From the NCBI GenBank assembly GCA_036689235.1, contig CP144769.1, forward strand, positions 1 through 32,000: 32,000 nucleotides of DNA. Reading direction: 5' to 3'. The translations under genes and the position numbers were made by a program. Below the pieces are notes generated by a model that saw nothing but the letters and a program-made list of their open reading frames with translations, did no database searches and was not told the origin of the DNA. Of this stretch, positions 12,599 through 25,063 are shown piece by piece. Within the stretch, counting starts at the first letter, position 1; each line of letters begins with the position of its first letter. Source of the DNA: Candidatus Saccharimonadota bacterium. GTDB lineage: Bacteria; Pseudomonadota; Gammaproteobacteria; Enterobacterales; Enterobacteriaceae.

Positions 12599-13633
12599 TT
12601 AATTATTAAGACTAGATACATTAATTTTTAATCCTATTAATTTAGATGATAATTTTATATTTTGTCCTTTTTTTCCTATTATTTGTGATAAATTTTTTAA
12701 TTTTACATTTATATTTATTATTTTTTTTATTTTATTAATTTTAAAATTAAATATTTTTATAGGATACATTATATTTATAAGAAATTTTTTTATATTTTTG
12801 TTTCATAAAATTATATCTATTTTTTCTCCTAATAATTCATTAGATATAGCTTTTATTCTTGAACCTCTTATACCTACGCATGCTCCTATTGGATCTATTT
12901 TTTTATCTTTACTTATAACTGCTATTTTAGATCTTAAACCTGGTTTTCGTGATATAGATTTTATTTTTATAATATTATTTTTTATTTCAGGTATTTCTAT
13001 TTTTAATAATTCAATTAAAAAATTTATTTTAGATCTTTGTAATAATATGTTATAATTATTTTTATATTTTTTATCTATATAATATATTAGACCTTTTATT
13101 TTTTTACCTATTTTAAGATTTTTTTTTAAAAATAAATTTTTATTTAATATTTTAGCTTCTAAATCATTTTCTATATCTATAATTATATATTTTTTATTTA
13201 TTTTTTTTATAAATCCAGTTATAATTTTTTTTTTTTTTTTTAATATTTTTTTAAAATTTTTTATCTTTTTTGCTTCTTTTATTTTTTGTATTATTATTTT
13301 TTTTATTTTTTGTGTAGTTATTCTATCAAAATTTATTTTTTTTATTTTATTTTCTATAAAATCACCAATTTTAATTTTTTTATTTTTATTTATAACTTTA
13401 TTTAAATTTATTTCTTTATTTGGTTCTTTTACTTTTTTAACTACTATTCTTCTTTTATATATATAAAATTTTCCATTTTTTTTATTTATATATATTCTTA
13501 TATTTATTTTTTTTTTATATTTTTTTTTTATTACTATATTTAAAGCATTTTCTAATACTTTAAAAATTTTTTTTTTAGATAAAGATTTTTCATTAGATAA
13601 AGCTTCTGCAACTGCTAAAATTTTTTTATTCAT
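12599..13633 (-). CDS. nusA: Transcription termination/antitermination factor NusA, lacking the C-terminal acidic repeats (344 aa)
   Basis: MNKKILAVAEALSNEKSLSKKKIF... and KPGLRSKIAVISKDKKIDPIGACVGIRGSRI are the S1 and KH regions. TGA at 12803-12805 aligns with the Trp of E. coli RIDIVLW. The frame continues ...NLSQIIGKKGQNIKLSSKLIGLKINVSSLNN* (compare [26 protein letters not shown]). Confidence 0.93.
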
Positions 13634-13780
13634 CTTAGCATATTCTCCAAAATAATATTAAATATTAAATAAATTTAATTAATATATTAACTTAAATAAT
13701 TTATTTTAGATTTTTAAATAAATAATTTATTATATATTAATATATTTATTATAAAAAATATTATTTTAAATTATATTAAA

Positions 13781-13863
13781 TACCGGGAACGGGACTCGAA
13801 CCCGTATTTTAAAAATAAACTATCTCCTCAAGATAGCGTGTTTACCAATTTCACCATCCCGGT
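13781..13863 (-). tRNA. leuU: tRNA-Leu (anticodon GAG), class II with a long variable arm
   Basis: The reverse complement ACCGGGATGGTGAAATTGGTAAACACGCTATCTTGAGGAGATAGTTTATTTTTAAAATACGGGTTCGAGTCCCGTTCCCGGTA has a TTGAGGA anticodon loop. It sits immediately downstream of secG, exactly where leuU lies in E. coli. Confidence 0.9.
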
Positions 13864-13882
13864 TTATTTTTTTTTATTTAAA

Positions 13883-14161
13883 TTATTTTAATATTTTAAT
13901 ATTATTTATTTTTTTATTAATATTATTTATTTTAATATTATTTATTAAATTTAATAATATACATATTATATAAAATAATATTGATATAATAATGATTATA
14001 TTATTAATTGTATTTTTTATTAAATTAGATGTTATTATAGTATTATTATTTTTATTATTTGTATGTAATCCAATTATATTATTTTCATTATTATAAAAAA
14101 TTATTAAAGTAATTAAAGTTATACATATAAATATAAGTATTATTGAAAATAATATGTACAT
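13883..14161 (-). CDS. secG: Preprotein translocase subunit SecG
   Basis: A 92-aa protein with two hydrophobic segments. It starts MY... as E. coli SecG does, and its second TM (NIIIIISILFYIICILLNLI) aligns with ALLATLFFIISLVLGNI. It sits in the ftsH...secG-leuU position. Confidence 0.7.
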   Translation of the reverse strand: MYILFSIILIFICITLITLIIFYNNENNIIGLHTNNKNNNTIITSNLIKNTINNIIIIISILFYIICILLNLINNIKINNINKKINNIKILK

Positions 14162-14202
14162 TTTTTCCTTTTATTTTTTTTTATATATATATTATATAAT
14201 AT

Positions 14203-15984
14203 TTATTTCTTTAAATTTTTAAATATTATTTTTTTAATTTGTTTTCTATTTAATGTTTCATATTTTATTAATTTTTTTTTCATTATATGAAGAATATTTA
14301 TATTTTTTAATAATATTTTTTTTGCTTTTAAATAATTTTTATCTATTATTTTTTTTATTTCTTTATCTATATTTTTTAATGTATAGTCTGAAATATATTT
14401 ATTTTTGTAGTTATTTAATATTACTTTATCTTCATTATAAAATAATGGTCCAATTTTTTTTGAAAATCCTCATTTTGTTACCATTTTTTTAGCTATAGAT
14501 GTTGCTATTTTTATATCATTACTTGATCCTATAGATATATTTTTTTTTCCATATATTATTTCTTCTGCTATTCTTCCAGCATATAATGTAGAAATTTGGC
14601 TTTCTAATTCTTTTTTATTTATATTTATATTATCATTTTCTGGTAAAAAAAATGTTGTTCCTAATGATTTTCCTCTAGGGATTATTGTAATTTTATATAC
14701 TTTATTATGATCTTTAAGTAATTCTCCTACTATTGCATGTCCTGATTCATGATAAGCAAATAATTCTTTTTGTTTTTTTGTAATTATTAAAGATTTTCTT
14801 TCTGATCCCATAATTATTTTATCTTTTGCTTTTTCAATTTCTTCTGTTGATATATTTTTTTTATTATTTTTTATTGCATTTAATAAAGATTCATTTATTA
14901 AATTAGATATATCTGCTCCTGAAAATCCCGGTATACTTTTTGCTATATTTTTTATATTTATATTTTTATCAATTGGTTTTTTTTTTATATGAATTTTAAG
15001 TATTTTAATTCTTTCTTTTAAATTAGGTAAATCTATAATTATTTTTTTATCAAATCTACCAGGTCTTATTAATGCTTTATCTAAAACGTCAGGTCTATTT
15101 GTTGCTGCTATAATTATTATTCCTTTATTATTATTAAATCCATCCATTTCAACTAACATTTGATTTAATGTTTGTTCTCTTTCATCATTTCCATTACTTG
15201 ATATTCCACTTCTATGTTTTCCTATTGCGTCTATTTCATCTATAAAAATTATACAAGGAGAGTTTTTTTTTGCTTTTTTAAACATATTTCTTACTCTTAA
15301 CGCTCCCATTCCAACAAATATTTCTATAAAATCAGATCCAGATATATTATAAAAAGGTACTTTAGATTCTCATGCTATTGCTTTAGCTAATAAAGTTTTT
15401 CCTGTTCCTGGTGGTCCTATTATTAAAATTCCTTTAGGTATTTTAACTCCTAATTTTATAAATTTATTAGGATTTTTTAAGTATTCTATTATTTCATTTA
15501 TATCTTCTTTAATTTCTTTATATCCTGCTACATCTTTAAATGTTATTTTATTATTATTTTTATTTAAAATTTTTGCTTTATTTTTTTCAAAAAATTTAAA
15601 ATTTTTATTATTTTTATATATTTTTTTAATATTATATATTAATATAATAGCTATTATAATTAAAGGTAATCATGATATTATTTTTAGTATAAATATATTT
15701 GATTTTTTTATTGGAATACTACTAATTTTAATATTTTTTTTTATTATTTTTTTTAGAAGATTTTCATTTTTTATTGGTATATATGTAATATATTTATTAT
15801 TATTTTTTTTAGTTACATTTATTTCTTTTCCATTTACTTTTATTTTTTTTATTTTATTATTTTTAATATCTCATAAAAAACTAGAATAATCTATTTTAGA
15901 TATTTTTTTTTTAAATATAAAACTATAAGTTATATATATAATTATTATAGAAATTATTAATCAAAAAAATAAATTTTTTATCAT
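14203..15984 (-). CDS. ftsH: ATP-dependent zinc metalloprotease FtsH (593 aa; five in-frame TGA codons)
   Basis: The track shows only the middle 279 aa. The full frame reads MIKNLFFWLII...ISWLPLII...[22 protein letters not shown]...IIFIDEIDA...HESGHAI...[16 protein letters not shown]...[14 protein letters not shown]...*. It is colinear with E. coli FtsH from Met1 onwards. TGA aligns with conserved Trp in ILWLVI, ISWFP and VTQWGFS. Confidence 0.95.
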
Positions 15985-16004
15985 ATATTTAAATTTAATT
16001 TAAT

Positions 16005-16610
16005 TTAAAATTTTTTATATTTTAAAGCAATTATATATATTTCTTTTGAAAATTTATTTGAAGATTTAGGTTTATAAATTTTAATTATTTTAAATATATT
16101 TTTTATTTTTTTTAAAATATAAGAAAAATTTTCCCCTAAAAAAACTTTAATTACAAAATTTCCATTATTATATAATTTTTTTTTAACTAATATTATAATA
16201 TTTTTTATTATTCTTTTAAATTTAGGATTATCTATTTCTTTTATACCTGAAATATTTGGTGATATATCTGATAAAATAACATTTATATTATATAATTTAG
16301 TTATTTTAATTATTTTTTTAATTGTTTTTATATCACATATATTTCCTTTAATAAAATTTACATTTTTAATTTTTTTTATTTTTAAAATATCACAACTAAA
16401 TATTTTATTTATGTTTCTAATTTTTTTTGATAAAAATTTAGATCAACCTCCTGGATATGAACCTAAATCTATTATATTATTTTTTTTTTTAATTATTTTA
16501 TATTTTTTTTGTATTTCTTTAATTTTAAATCAAGATCTTGATCTTAAATTTAATTTTCTTGCTATTTTTGTATATTTATTATTTAATATTATTTTTTTTT
16601 TTTCATTTTT
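16005..16610 (-). CDS. rlmE: 23S rRNA Um2552 2'-O-methyltransferase RlmE (FtsJ); no in-frame canonical start codon
   Basis: Manual translation ...NNKYTKIARKLNLRSRSWFKIKEIQKKYKII...IDLGSYPGGWSKFL...ILSDISPNISG...GNFVIKVFLGENF...IYKPKSSNKFSKEIYIIALKYKKF* is colinear with E. coli RlmE. Both TGA codons fall on conserved Trp (RSRAWFKL, APGGWSQ). The open frame begins after TAA at 16611-16613. The only ATG (16604-16606) is out of frame by one base and is followed by A12. Confidence 0.85.
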
Positions 16611-16736
16611 TTATTATATTATTGTTATTTATTAATATATATATATATATGTATATATTAATATTATTTTAAATTAGAATATTAAATATTATATAATATA
16701 TAAAATATATATATATATTAATTAAATTTTATTTTG

Positions 16737-16994
16737 TTAATTATTTATTATATTTATAATTTTTTTTTTTTTTTTTCCTTTAATTTTAAATTCTACTTTT
16801 CCATTTTTTGTTGCATATATTGTATGATCTTTACCTAATTTAGTATTTAATCCTGAATAAAATTTTGTACCTCTTTGTTTAACAATTATATTTCCTGAAT
16901 ATATATATTCTCCACCAAAATGTTTTATTCCTAATCTTTTTGAGTGAGAATCTCTACCGTTTTTAGTAGAACCACCAGCTTTTTTATGTGCCAT
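16737..16994 (-). CDS. rpmA: 50S ribosomal protein L27
   Basis: [29 protein letters not shown] is a canonical L27 N-terminus. Confidence 0.97.
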   Translation of the reverse strand: MAHKKAGGSTKNGRDSHSKRLGIKHFGGEYIYSGNIIVKQRGTKFYSGLNTKLGKDHTIYATKNGKVEFKIKGKKKKKIINIINN

Positions 16995-17313
16995 TTTTTT
17001 TTCTTATATATTTTATATTGATTTTTGTTAATTCTTGTCTATGACCATATTTTCTTTTATAATTTTTTCTTCTTTTAAATTTTATTATATTTATTTTTTT
17101 AGTTTTAATGTTTTTTATAATTTTTATTTTTATTAAAAATAATTTTTTATCTTTTTTTTTATAAAAAATTTTATTATTATAATATATTAATATTATATTT
17201 TTATTTTTAATAAAAAATTCTTTTTTTTTTTTATAATCTATTTTATCTATATATATATTTATATTTTTTTTAATTTTATATTGTTTTTTTTTTATTTTAA
17301 TTATTGCATACAT
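16984..17313 (-). CDS. rplU: 50S ribosomal protein L21
   Basis: [14 protein letters not shown]... and [16 protein letters not shown] match E. coli MYAVFQSGGKQHRV and KFRRRKHYRKQQGHRQ. An alternative ATG lies 12 nt upstream (17325). The gene overlaps rpmA by 11 nt. Confidence 0.9.
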   Translation of the reverse strand: MYAIIKIKKKQYKIKKNINIYIDKIDYKKKKEFFIKNKNIILIYYNNKIFYKKKDKKLFLIKIKIIKNIKTKKINIIKFKRRKNYKRKYGHRQELTKINIKYIRKKNGT

Positions 17314-17486
17314 TTTAAATACCATTTTATTAAATATAATTTAATTTATATAAATTTTAAGAATATTTATTATATAATATTTATATATCATATTTATATT
17401 AATATAAATAATTTATTTATTATATAATTTTAATAAAGATATATTAATTGTATATATATATGTTATATATTGTATTAATTATTTAG

Positions 17487-18545
<1,059 letters not shown>

Positions 18546-18574
18546 ATATATTAATTTTATTATATTAAATATAT

Positions 18575-19375
18575 ATGAAATTAAAAAAAATAAATCATTT
18601 TTTTATTTTTTTATTATTTTTATTTTTTTCTTTGTTTATTATATTTTTTGATATTAAATTTAATTATTTTTGTTTATTAAAATTGTTTTTTATTAAATTA
18701 AATTTTATAATTTATTTTTTTTGTAATGTAATTTATATTTATTTTAATAATAAAATTTTATATTTTAATAAAATTAATTATTTAGTTATAGAGAATAAAA
18801 AATTAATTAAAAAAAATATTATATTAAAAAATAAAATTTATATATTAAATAATATAAAATATCAAAATAATATTTTTAAAAAAATATTAAATATTAGATT
18901 ATTAAAAAAAAAATATTTTTCTATTGTTAAATTATTATTTAATGTTTTTAAAAATTATGATTATTTATTAATAAATATATTAAATTCTAAGGATATTAAA
19001 TATGGTAATTTATTATTTAATAATATTGGAATTATAGGTAAATTAATATTTATAAATAATAATTTTGGAAAAGTACAATTATTATGTGGTTATAAAAGTG
19101 TTTTTTTTGGTAAAATTTTAAGAACAGGATTAAAAGTTATTATACTAGGTTTTGGGTGTGGTAAAAAAATAAAGATTATTGATTTACCTTTAAATATTAA
19201 TATTATTAAAGGAGATATAGTAGTTAATTATGATATTTATAATTATTATTTTGAATATCCAATAGGTATTGTAAATAATTTTTATGTTGATAAAAAATAT
19301 GGTGGTATAGTTATTATAATTAAATCATTTATAAATTATAATAATTATTTAGATTATAATATTTTAATTAAGTAA
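18575..19375 (+). CDS. mreC: Rod-shape protein MreC (shortened, 266 aa)
   Basis: It has an N-terminal TM helix, a coiled-coil-like K/N-rich region, and a C-terminal beta-rich part (GIIGKLIFINNNFGKVQLL..., GDIVV..., YPIGIV). It sits between mreB and mreD. Direct similarity is weak, so the call rests mainly on synteny. Confidence 0.7.
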   Translation: MKLKKINHFFIFLLFLFFSLFIIFFDIKFNYFCLLKLFFIKLNFIIYFFCNVIYIYFNNKILYFNKINYLVIENKKLIKKNIILKNKIYILNNIKYQNNIFKKILNIRLLKKKYFSIVKLLFNVFKNYDYLLINILNSKDIKYGNLLFNNIGIIGKLIFINNNFGKVQLLCGYKSVFFGKILRTGLKVIILGFGCGKKIKIIDLPLNINIIKGDIVVNYDIYNYYFEYPIGIVNNFYVDKKYGGIVIIIKSFINYNNYLDYNILIK

Positions 19376-19413
19376 TTATTTTTTTTTTTTTAATAATATA
19401 TTTTAAGGAAATA

Positions 19414-19876
19414 ATGTATTTTAATTTTTTTTATATTTATTTTTTTATATTTATTATGAAATATTTTTTTTTTAAATTTTTGTTGTTTATATATTTATTT
19501 TTTTAATATTGTATATGTTTATATTGTTATATTTTGTTTAGATGATATTAAGTCTTTTTTTTTTAGTTTTTTTTATGGTTTATTTGTTGATTTTGTTTTT
19601 AATTTTATTTTAGGTAAAATGTTTTTAATTTATTTAATGTCTATGTATATTATGTCTTTTTTTGTAAATTTTATTAATTATATTTCAAATATAAATTTTT
19701 TTATTTTTTTATATATATATTTTTTTATATTAAATTTTTTTTTTTATATTTTTGATTTCTTTTTTTTAAATAATTTTATTAAATGTAATTTTTTTTTTAC
19801 TTCTTTATTAGAAAGTTTATTATTTTTTTTAATTTTAAATATTTTAAATGATATTAATTTTTTTTTTAAATATTAG
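19414..19876 (+). CDS. mreD: Rod-shape protein MreD; the N-terminal part is shifted by one base relative to the ATG (frameshift, slippage or non-ATG start)
   Basis: The track gives only 19619..19876. That frame is open back to 19415 and encodes ...SFFYGLFVDFVFNFILGKMFLIYLMS..., which resembles the central MreD motif GFVMGAILDLISGSTLG. No ATG, GTG or TTG occurs in that frame upstream of 19619. An ATG with an AAGGAA Shine-Dalgarno lies at 19414, in the adjacent frame. Confidence 0.65.
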
Positions 19877-19884
19877 AGTTTTTT

Positions 19885-21339
19885 ATGTTTAAAAATGTAA
19901 TTTATAAAAATATATTAGAAAAAAATAATATTTCAGAAAATGATTTATTAAATTTTATTTCTGATTTACCTTCAGGTAATTTATTTTATAGTGATATTTT
20001 TTTACAAAATAGTATTATTGAATCTTTATCTCTAGAACAAAAAATTATTAAGAATAATTTTTTAAAGATTATTAATGGTTTTAGTACTAGAGTAATTCAT
20101 GGTGATAAAACTATTTTTTATTGTTCTAATAATATTAGTTTTAATTCTATATTAAATAGTATTAAAAATATTAATAAAATATATTTTAATAAAAATATTT
20201 TAAGTAAATTTAATATGATTTTTTTACCTAATATTACATCTTATTATGAAATTAAATCTCCTATAAATTTTAATTTAAATAAAAATAAAATAGATTTATT
20301 ATTTTATTTAGATAATTATATAAGAAAAAAGGATAAACGTATTAAATATGTTTATCTAAATTTATTTAGTACATATGATATAGTTTTAATAATATCTACT
20401 GATAATGTTTTTATAGGTGATATTAGACCTTTAATTAATTTATCTATAAAAATAAAATTAGAAGATAAATTAAATCAAGAAATTGGTTTTAGTGGTGGGG
20501 GAGGACGTTATTCATATGATGAATTTATATCTATAAAAAAATATGGTTATAATTTTTTAGAATGTTTGGCGGATGAATCTATTAGAATGGGATTAAATAA
20601 TTTGAATGCTATACAATCTCCATATGGAATTTTTCCTGTTATTTTAGGTTCTGGTTTACCTGGAATTTTATTACATGAAGCTGTTGGTCATGGTTTAGAA
20701 GGAGATTCTATTAGAAAGAATACTTCTATATATTATAATTTATTAGGTAAAAAAGTTGCTTCAAATTATTGTACTGTAATAGATAATCCTACTTTAAATA
20801 ATAAAAGAGGTTCTTTGAATATAGATGATGAAGGAACAATAACAAAGAAAAATATATTAATTAAAAATGGTATTTTAAAATCTTTTATGTTAGATAAATT
20901 AAATGCTAGATTGATGAATTTAAATTCTACGGGTAATGCTAGAAGAGAATCTTATAATTTTTTACCTATTCCTAGAATGACTAATACTTATATGTTACCT
21001 GGTAAATATAATTTAAAAGATTTAATTAATAGTATAGATTATGGTTTATATATAATTAATTTATCTGGAGGTCAAGTTGATATAACTTCTGGTAAGTTTG
21101 TATTTACAATATCTGAAGGATATTTAATAAAAAATGGTAGAATAATTAATTCTATTAAATTAGCTACTTTAATAGGTTCTAATATAAAAATAATGAATAA
21201 TATAAGTATGATTTCTAATAATTTAGAATTTGATAATGGATTAGGAATTTGTGGTAAAGAAGGTCAAAATATTCCTGTATGTGTAGGTCAACCTGCTTTA
21301 AAAATAGATTCTATTATGATTGGTGGTATTAAAGTTTAA
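19885..21339 (+). CDS. tldD: Metalloprotease TldD
   Basis: 484 aa with LLHEAVGHGLEGD (HExxxH-type motif) and the C-terminal GICGKEGQNIPV...PALKI. It lies downstream of mreBCD, as in E. coli with the intervening genes lost. Confidence 0.92.
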   Translation: MFKNVIYKNILEKNNISENDLLNFISDLPSGNLFYSDIFLQNSIIESLSLEQKIIKNNFLKIINGFSTRVIHGDKTIFYCSNNISFNSILNSIKNINKIYFNKNILSKFNMIFLPNITSYYEIKSPINFNLNKNKIDLLFYLDNYIRKKDKRIKYVYLNLFSTYDIVLIISTDNVFIGDIRPLINLSIKIKLEDKLNQEIGFSGGGGRYSYDEFISIKKYGYNFLECLADESIRMGLNNLNAIQSPYGIFPVILGSGLPGILLHEAVGHGLEGDSIRKNTSIYYNLLGKKVASNYCTVIDNPTLNNKRGSLNIDDEGTITKKNILIKNGILKSFMLDKLNARLMNLNSTGNARRESYNFLPIPRMTNTYMLPGKYNLKDLINSIDYGLYIINLSGGQVDITSGKFVFTISEGYLIKNGRIINSIKLATLIGSNIKIMNNISMISNNLEFDNGLGICGKEGQNIPVCVGQPALKIDSIMIGGIKV

Positions 21340-21358
21340 TATTTAATATGAGTTTTAT

Positions 21359-21760
21359 ATGAATAAAATTAATTGATATTTAATTGATTCTAAAGAAAAA
21401 ATTTTAGGTAGATTAATTACTAAAGTTGTTTATTTTCTTATGGGTAAACATAAATATAATTATTTACCTTATGTTGATAATGGTGATTATGTTATTTTAA
21501 TTAATACTAAATATATTAAAGTAACTGGTAATAAAAGAAAAAATAAAATTTATTATCGTCATAGTGGTTATGTAGGAAATTTAAAAAGTATTTCTTTTAG
21601 AGAGATGATTATAAAATCTCCAAAGTATATTATTACTCATTGTGTTAGAGGTATGTTACCTAAAAATAAATTAGGAAGAAAATTTATTAAAAGATTAAAA
21701 ATATATAATGATTCTTATCATTTGCATATTTCTCAAAAACCTATTTTAGTTAATATTTAA
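21359..21760 (+). CDS. rplM: 50S ribosomal protein L13 (N-terminus restored across a TGA)
   Basis: The track starts at 21440 (MGKHK). The upstream in-frame sequence ATG AAT AAA ATT AAT TGA TAT... gives MNKINWYLIDSKEKILGRLITKVVYFLMGKHK. This matches E. coli [29 protein letters not shown]. TGA 21374-21376 aligns with the conserved Trp. Confidence 0.93.
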
Positions 21761-21769
21761 GGATAATTT

Positions 21770-22165
21770 ATGTTATATAGTACAGGTAGACGTAAAACTT
21801 CTTCTGCAAGAATTTTTATGAAAAATGGTGTTGGAAAAATATATATTAATAATTTATATTTTAAAAAATATTTTTTTTGTAAAATTAAAAGAAAAATTAT
21901 TTTATTTCCTTTTAAAATTATAAAAGGAAAATATGATTTTTTTTTTAATAAATTTAATTTTTATATAACTGTAAAAGGAGGTGGAATTTCTAGTCAAGCT
22001 ATTGCTATAAAACATGGTATAAGTAGAGTTTTATTAAAATATAATAATAATTTTAAAAAAAAATTTAAATTATATAGATTAATTACTCGTGATTCTAGAA
22101 AAGTAGAAAGAAAAAAATATGGTTTTATAAAATCTCGTTGTAAACATCAATATTCAAAACGTTAA
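21770..22165 (+). CDS. rpsI: 30S ribosomal protein S9
   Basis: STGRRKTSSARIF...ITVKGGGISSQAIAIKHGISR...TRDSRKVERKKYG...YSKR matches S9. Confidence 0.95.
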   Translation: MLYSTGRRKTSSARIFMKNGVGKIYINNLYFKKYFFCKIKRKIILFPFKIIKGKYDFFFNKFNFYITVKGGGISSQAIAIKHGISRVLLKYNNNFKKKFKLYRLITRDSRKVERKKYGFIKSRCKHQYSKR

Positions 22166-22241
22166 TTTATATATTTAGTTAATTATTTTGTAATTTTATT
22201 ATATTTTAAAATTTTAAAAAAAAAATATGGAATAAATATTT

Positions 22242-22574
22242 ATGCGTAATTATGAAATTATTTTAATAATATCTGTAGATAATAATATTTATATAAATGA
22301 TATAGTAAAATATTATTCTAATATAATAAATAAAGATGGTAAATTATATAAATTAGAAAATTGAGGTTTAAGAAAATTAGCATATAATATTAAAAATAAT
22401 AATGAAGCTTATTATATTTTTATGAATATTAAAGTTAGTGTTGATTTAATTAATATTTTAAGTAATGATTTAAAATTGAATAAAAATATTTTAAGATTTT
22501 TAATTATAAAAAAAAAAAATATTGAAATTAATAAATCTTTTATTTTTTCTAAAATTAATAATAATAATGATTAA
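22242..22574 (+). CDS. rpsF: 30S ribosomal protein S6 (absent from the ORF track because of an in-frame TGA)
   Basis: MRNYEIILIIS...GKLYKLENWGLRKLAYNIKNNNEAYYIFMNIK matches E. coli MRHYEIVFMVH...[32 protein letters not shown]. TGA 22362-22364 aligns with the conserved Trp. Confidence 0.93.
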
Positions 22575-22611
22575 TATAATATATATATATATATATATTT
22601 TAGGATAATAT

Positions 22612-22845
22612 ATGTTTAAATTAAATAAAAGTAAAAAATTTTGTTATTTTAAATTAAATAAATTTAAAGAGATTGATTATAAAAATATAGATATTTTAAA
22701 AAAATATATAACTGAATGTAATAGAATAATGCCTTCTAGAATTACAGGTGTTTCTTCAAAATTTCAGAGAAAATTATCAAAGGCTATTAAAATAGCGAGA
22801 TATTTGGCTTTAATTCCTTATACTGATTTACATCAAAATATTTAG
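22612..22845 (+). CDS. rpsR: 30S ribosomal protein S18
   Basis: [64 protein letters not shown] matches E. coli S18. Confidence 0.95.
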   Translation: MFKLNKSKKFCYFKLNKFKEIDYKNIDILKKYITECNRIMPSRITGVSSKFQRKLSKAIKIARYLALIPYTDLHQNI

Positions 22846-22852
22846 GATTTAT

Positions 22853-23308
22853 ATGGTTAAAATTATTATTTTAAAAAAAAGTATTTTAGGTAATGTTGGT
22901 GATATAATTAGTGTAAAATTTGGTTATGCTAGAAATTATTTAGTTCCTTATAATAAAGCTTTATATTTTAATAAAAAAAATTTAGATTTATTTAATGAAA
23001 AAAAAAAGGTAATTAATAAAATTAAAAATAAAAGAATAAAAGATTTTAATAAATTTTATAATAAAATAATTTTATTATCTCCTATGAATTTATATTATAG
23101 ATGTAGTAGAAATGGTAAATTATTTTCTTCTTTTAAAGTATCTGATATGTGTAAAGTTTTATTTAAAAAGATAAAATTTAAAATTTCTAAAAAAAATATT
23201 TTTTTTCCTAATGGTCCTATAAAATATATAGGAAAACATATAATAAATATTATTTTTTTAAAAAATAAAAAATTAGATTTTGTTATTAATATTATTTCTA
23301 TAAAATAA
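22853..23308 (+). CDS. rplI: 50S ribosomal protein L9
   Basis: MVKIIILKKSILGNVGDIISVKFGYARNYLVPYNKA matches the L9 N-domain ([36 protein letters not shown]). Confidence 0.92.
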   Translation: MVKIIILKKSILGNVGDIISVKFGYARNYLVPYNKALYFNKKNLDLFNEKKKVINKIKNKRIKDFNKFYNKIILLSPMNLYYRCSRNGKLFSSFKVSDMCKVLFKKIKFKISKKNIFFPNGPIKYIGKHIINIIFLKNKKLDFVINIISIK

Positions 23309-23494
23309 TATATATATTAAAAAAAAAATATTTTTATTGTTTTATTCTTTTATTTTTGTTATATTATATATTATATTTGTTTTATAAGTTTTTTTTTTGT
23401 TCTTTAAAAAAATAATTAACTGTGTAAGTACTTTTAAAATATTGATGAATTTAACTTTTAAGTATTTTTTAAAAGTTATTTATTTGTTTTTATT

Positions 23495-25063
<1,569 letters not shown>

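Noticed and set aside
15370-15372. UGA meaning Gly (a code-25-like reassignment, as in SR1/Gracilibacteria), suggested by the FtsH AIA-UGA-E position
   Set aside because: Only this one site aligns with Gly, whereas more than ten independent sites align with invariant Trp. A single GGA-to-TGA substitution or a sequencing error is more parsimonious.
14203-15984. Reading the many split ORFs (ftsH, infB, nusA, miaA, hflX, tsaE, rplM, polA-exo; smpB, rlmE and rpsF are missing entirely) as pseudogenes of a decaying genome
   Set aside because: The interruptions are exclusively TGA, never TAA or TAG. The flanking pieces stay in one frame and remain colinear with orthologues, and the TGA codons coincide with conserved Trp residues. 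Recoding explains all of these cases at once.
16636-16736. (TA)n microsatellites, here and at 22578-22600
   Set aside because: These are short dinucleotide runs expected from the base composition, with no associated structure or gene.
23337-23365. A sigma70-like rrn promoter, TTGTTT-N17-TATATT, upstream of 16S
   Set aside because: The spacing and hexamers are plausible. However, in sequence this A+T-rich such matches occur frequently by chance. It cannot be supported without 5'-end mapping, so it is not reported as a feature.
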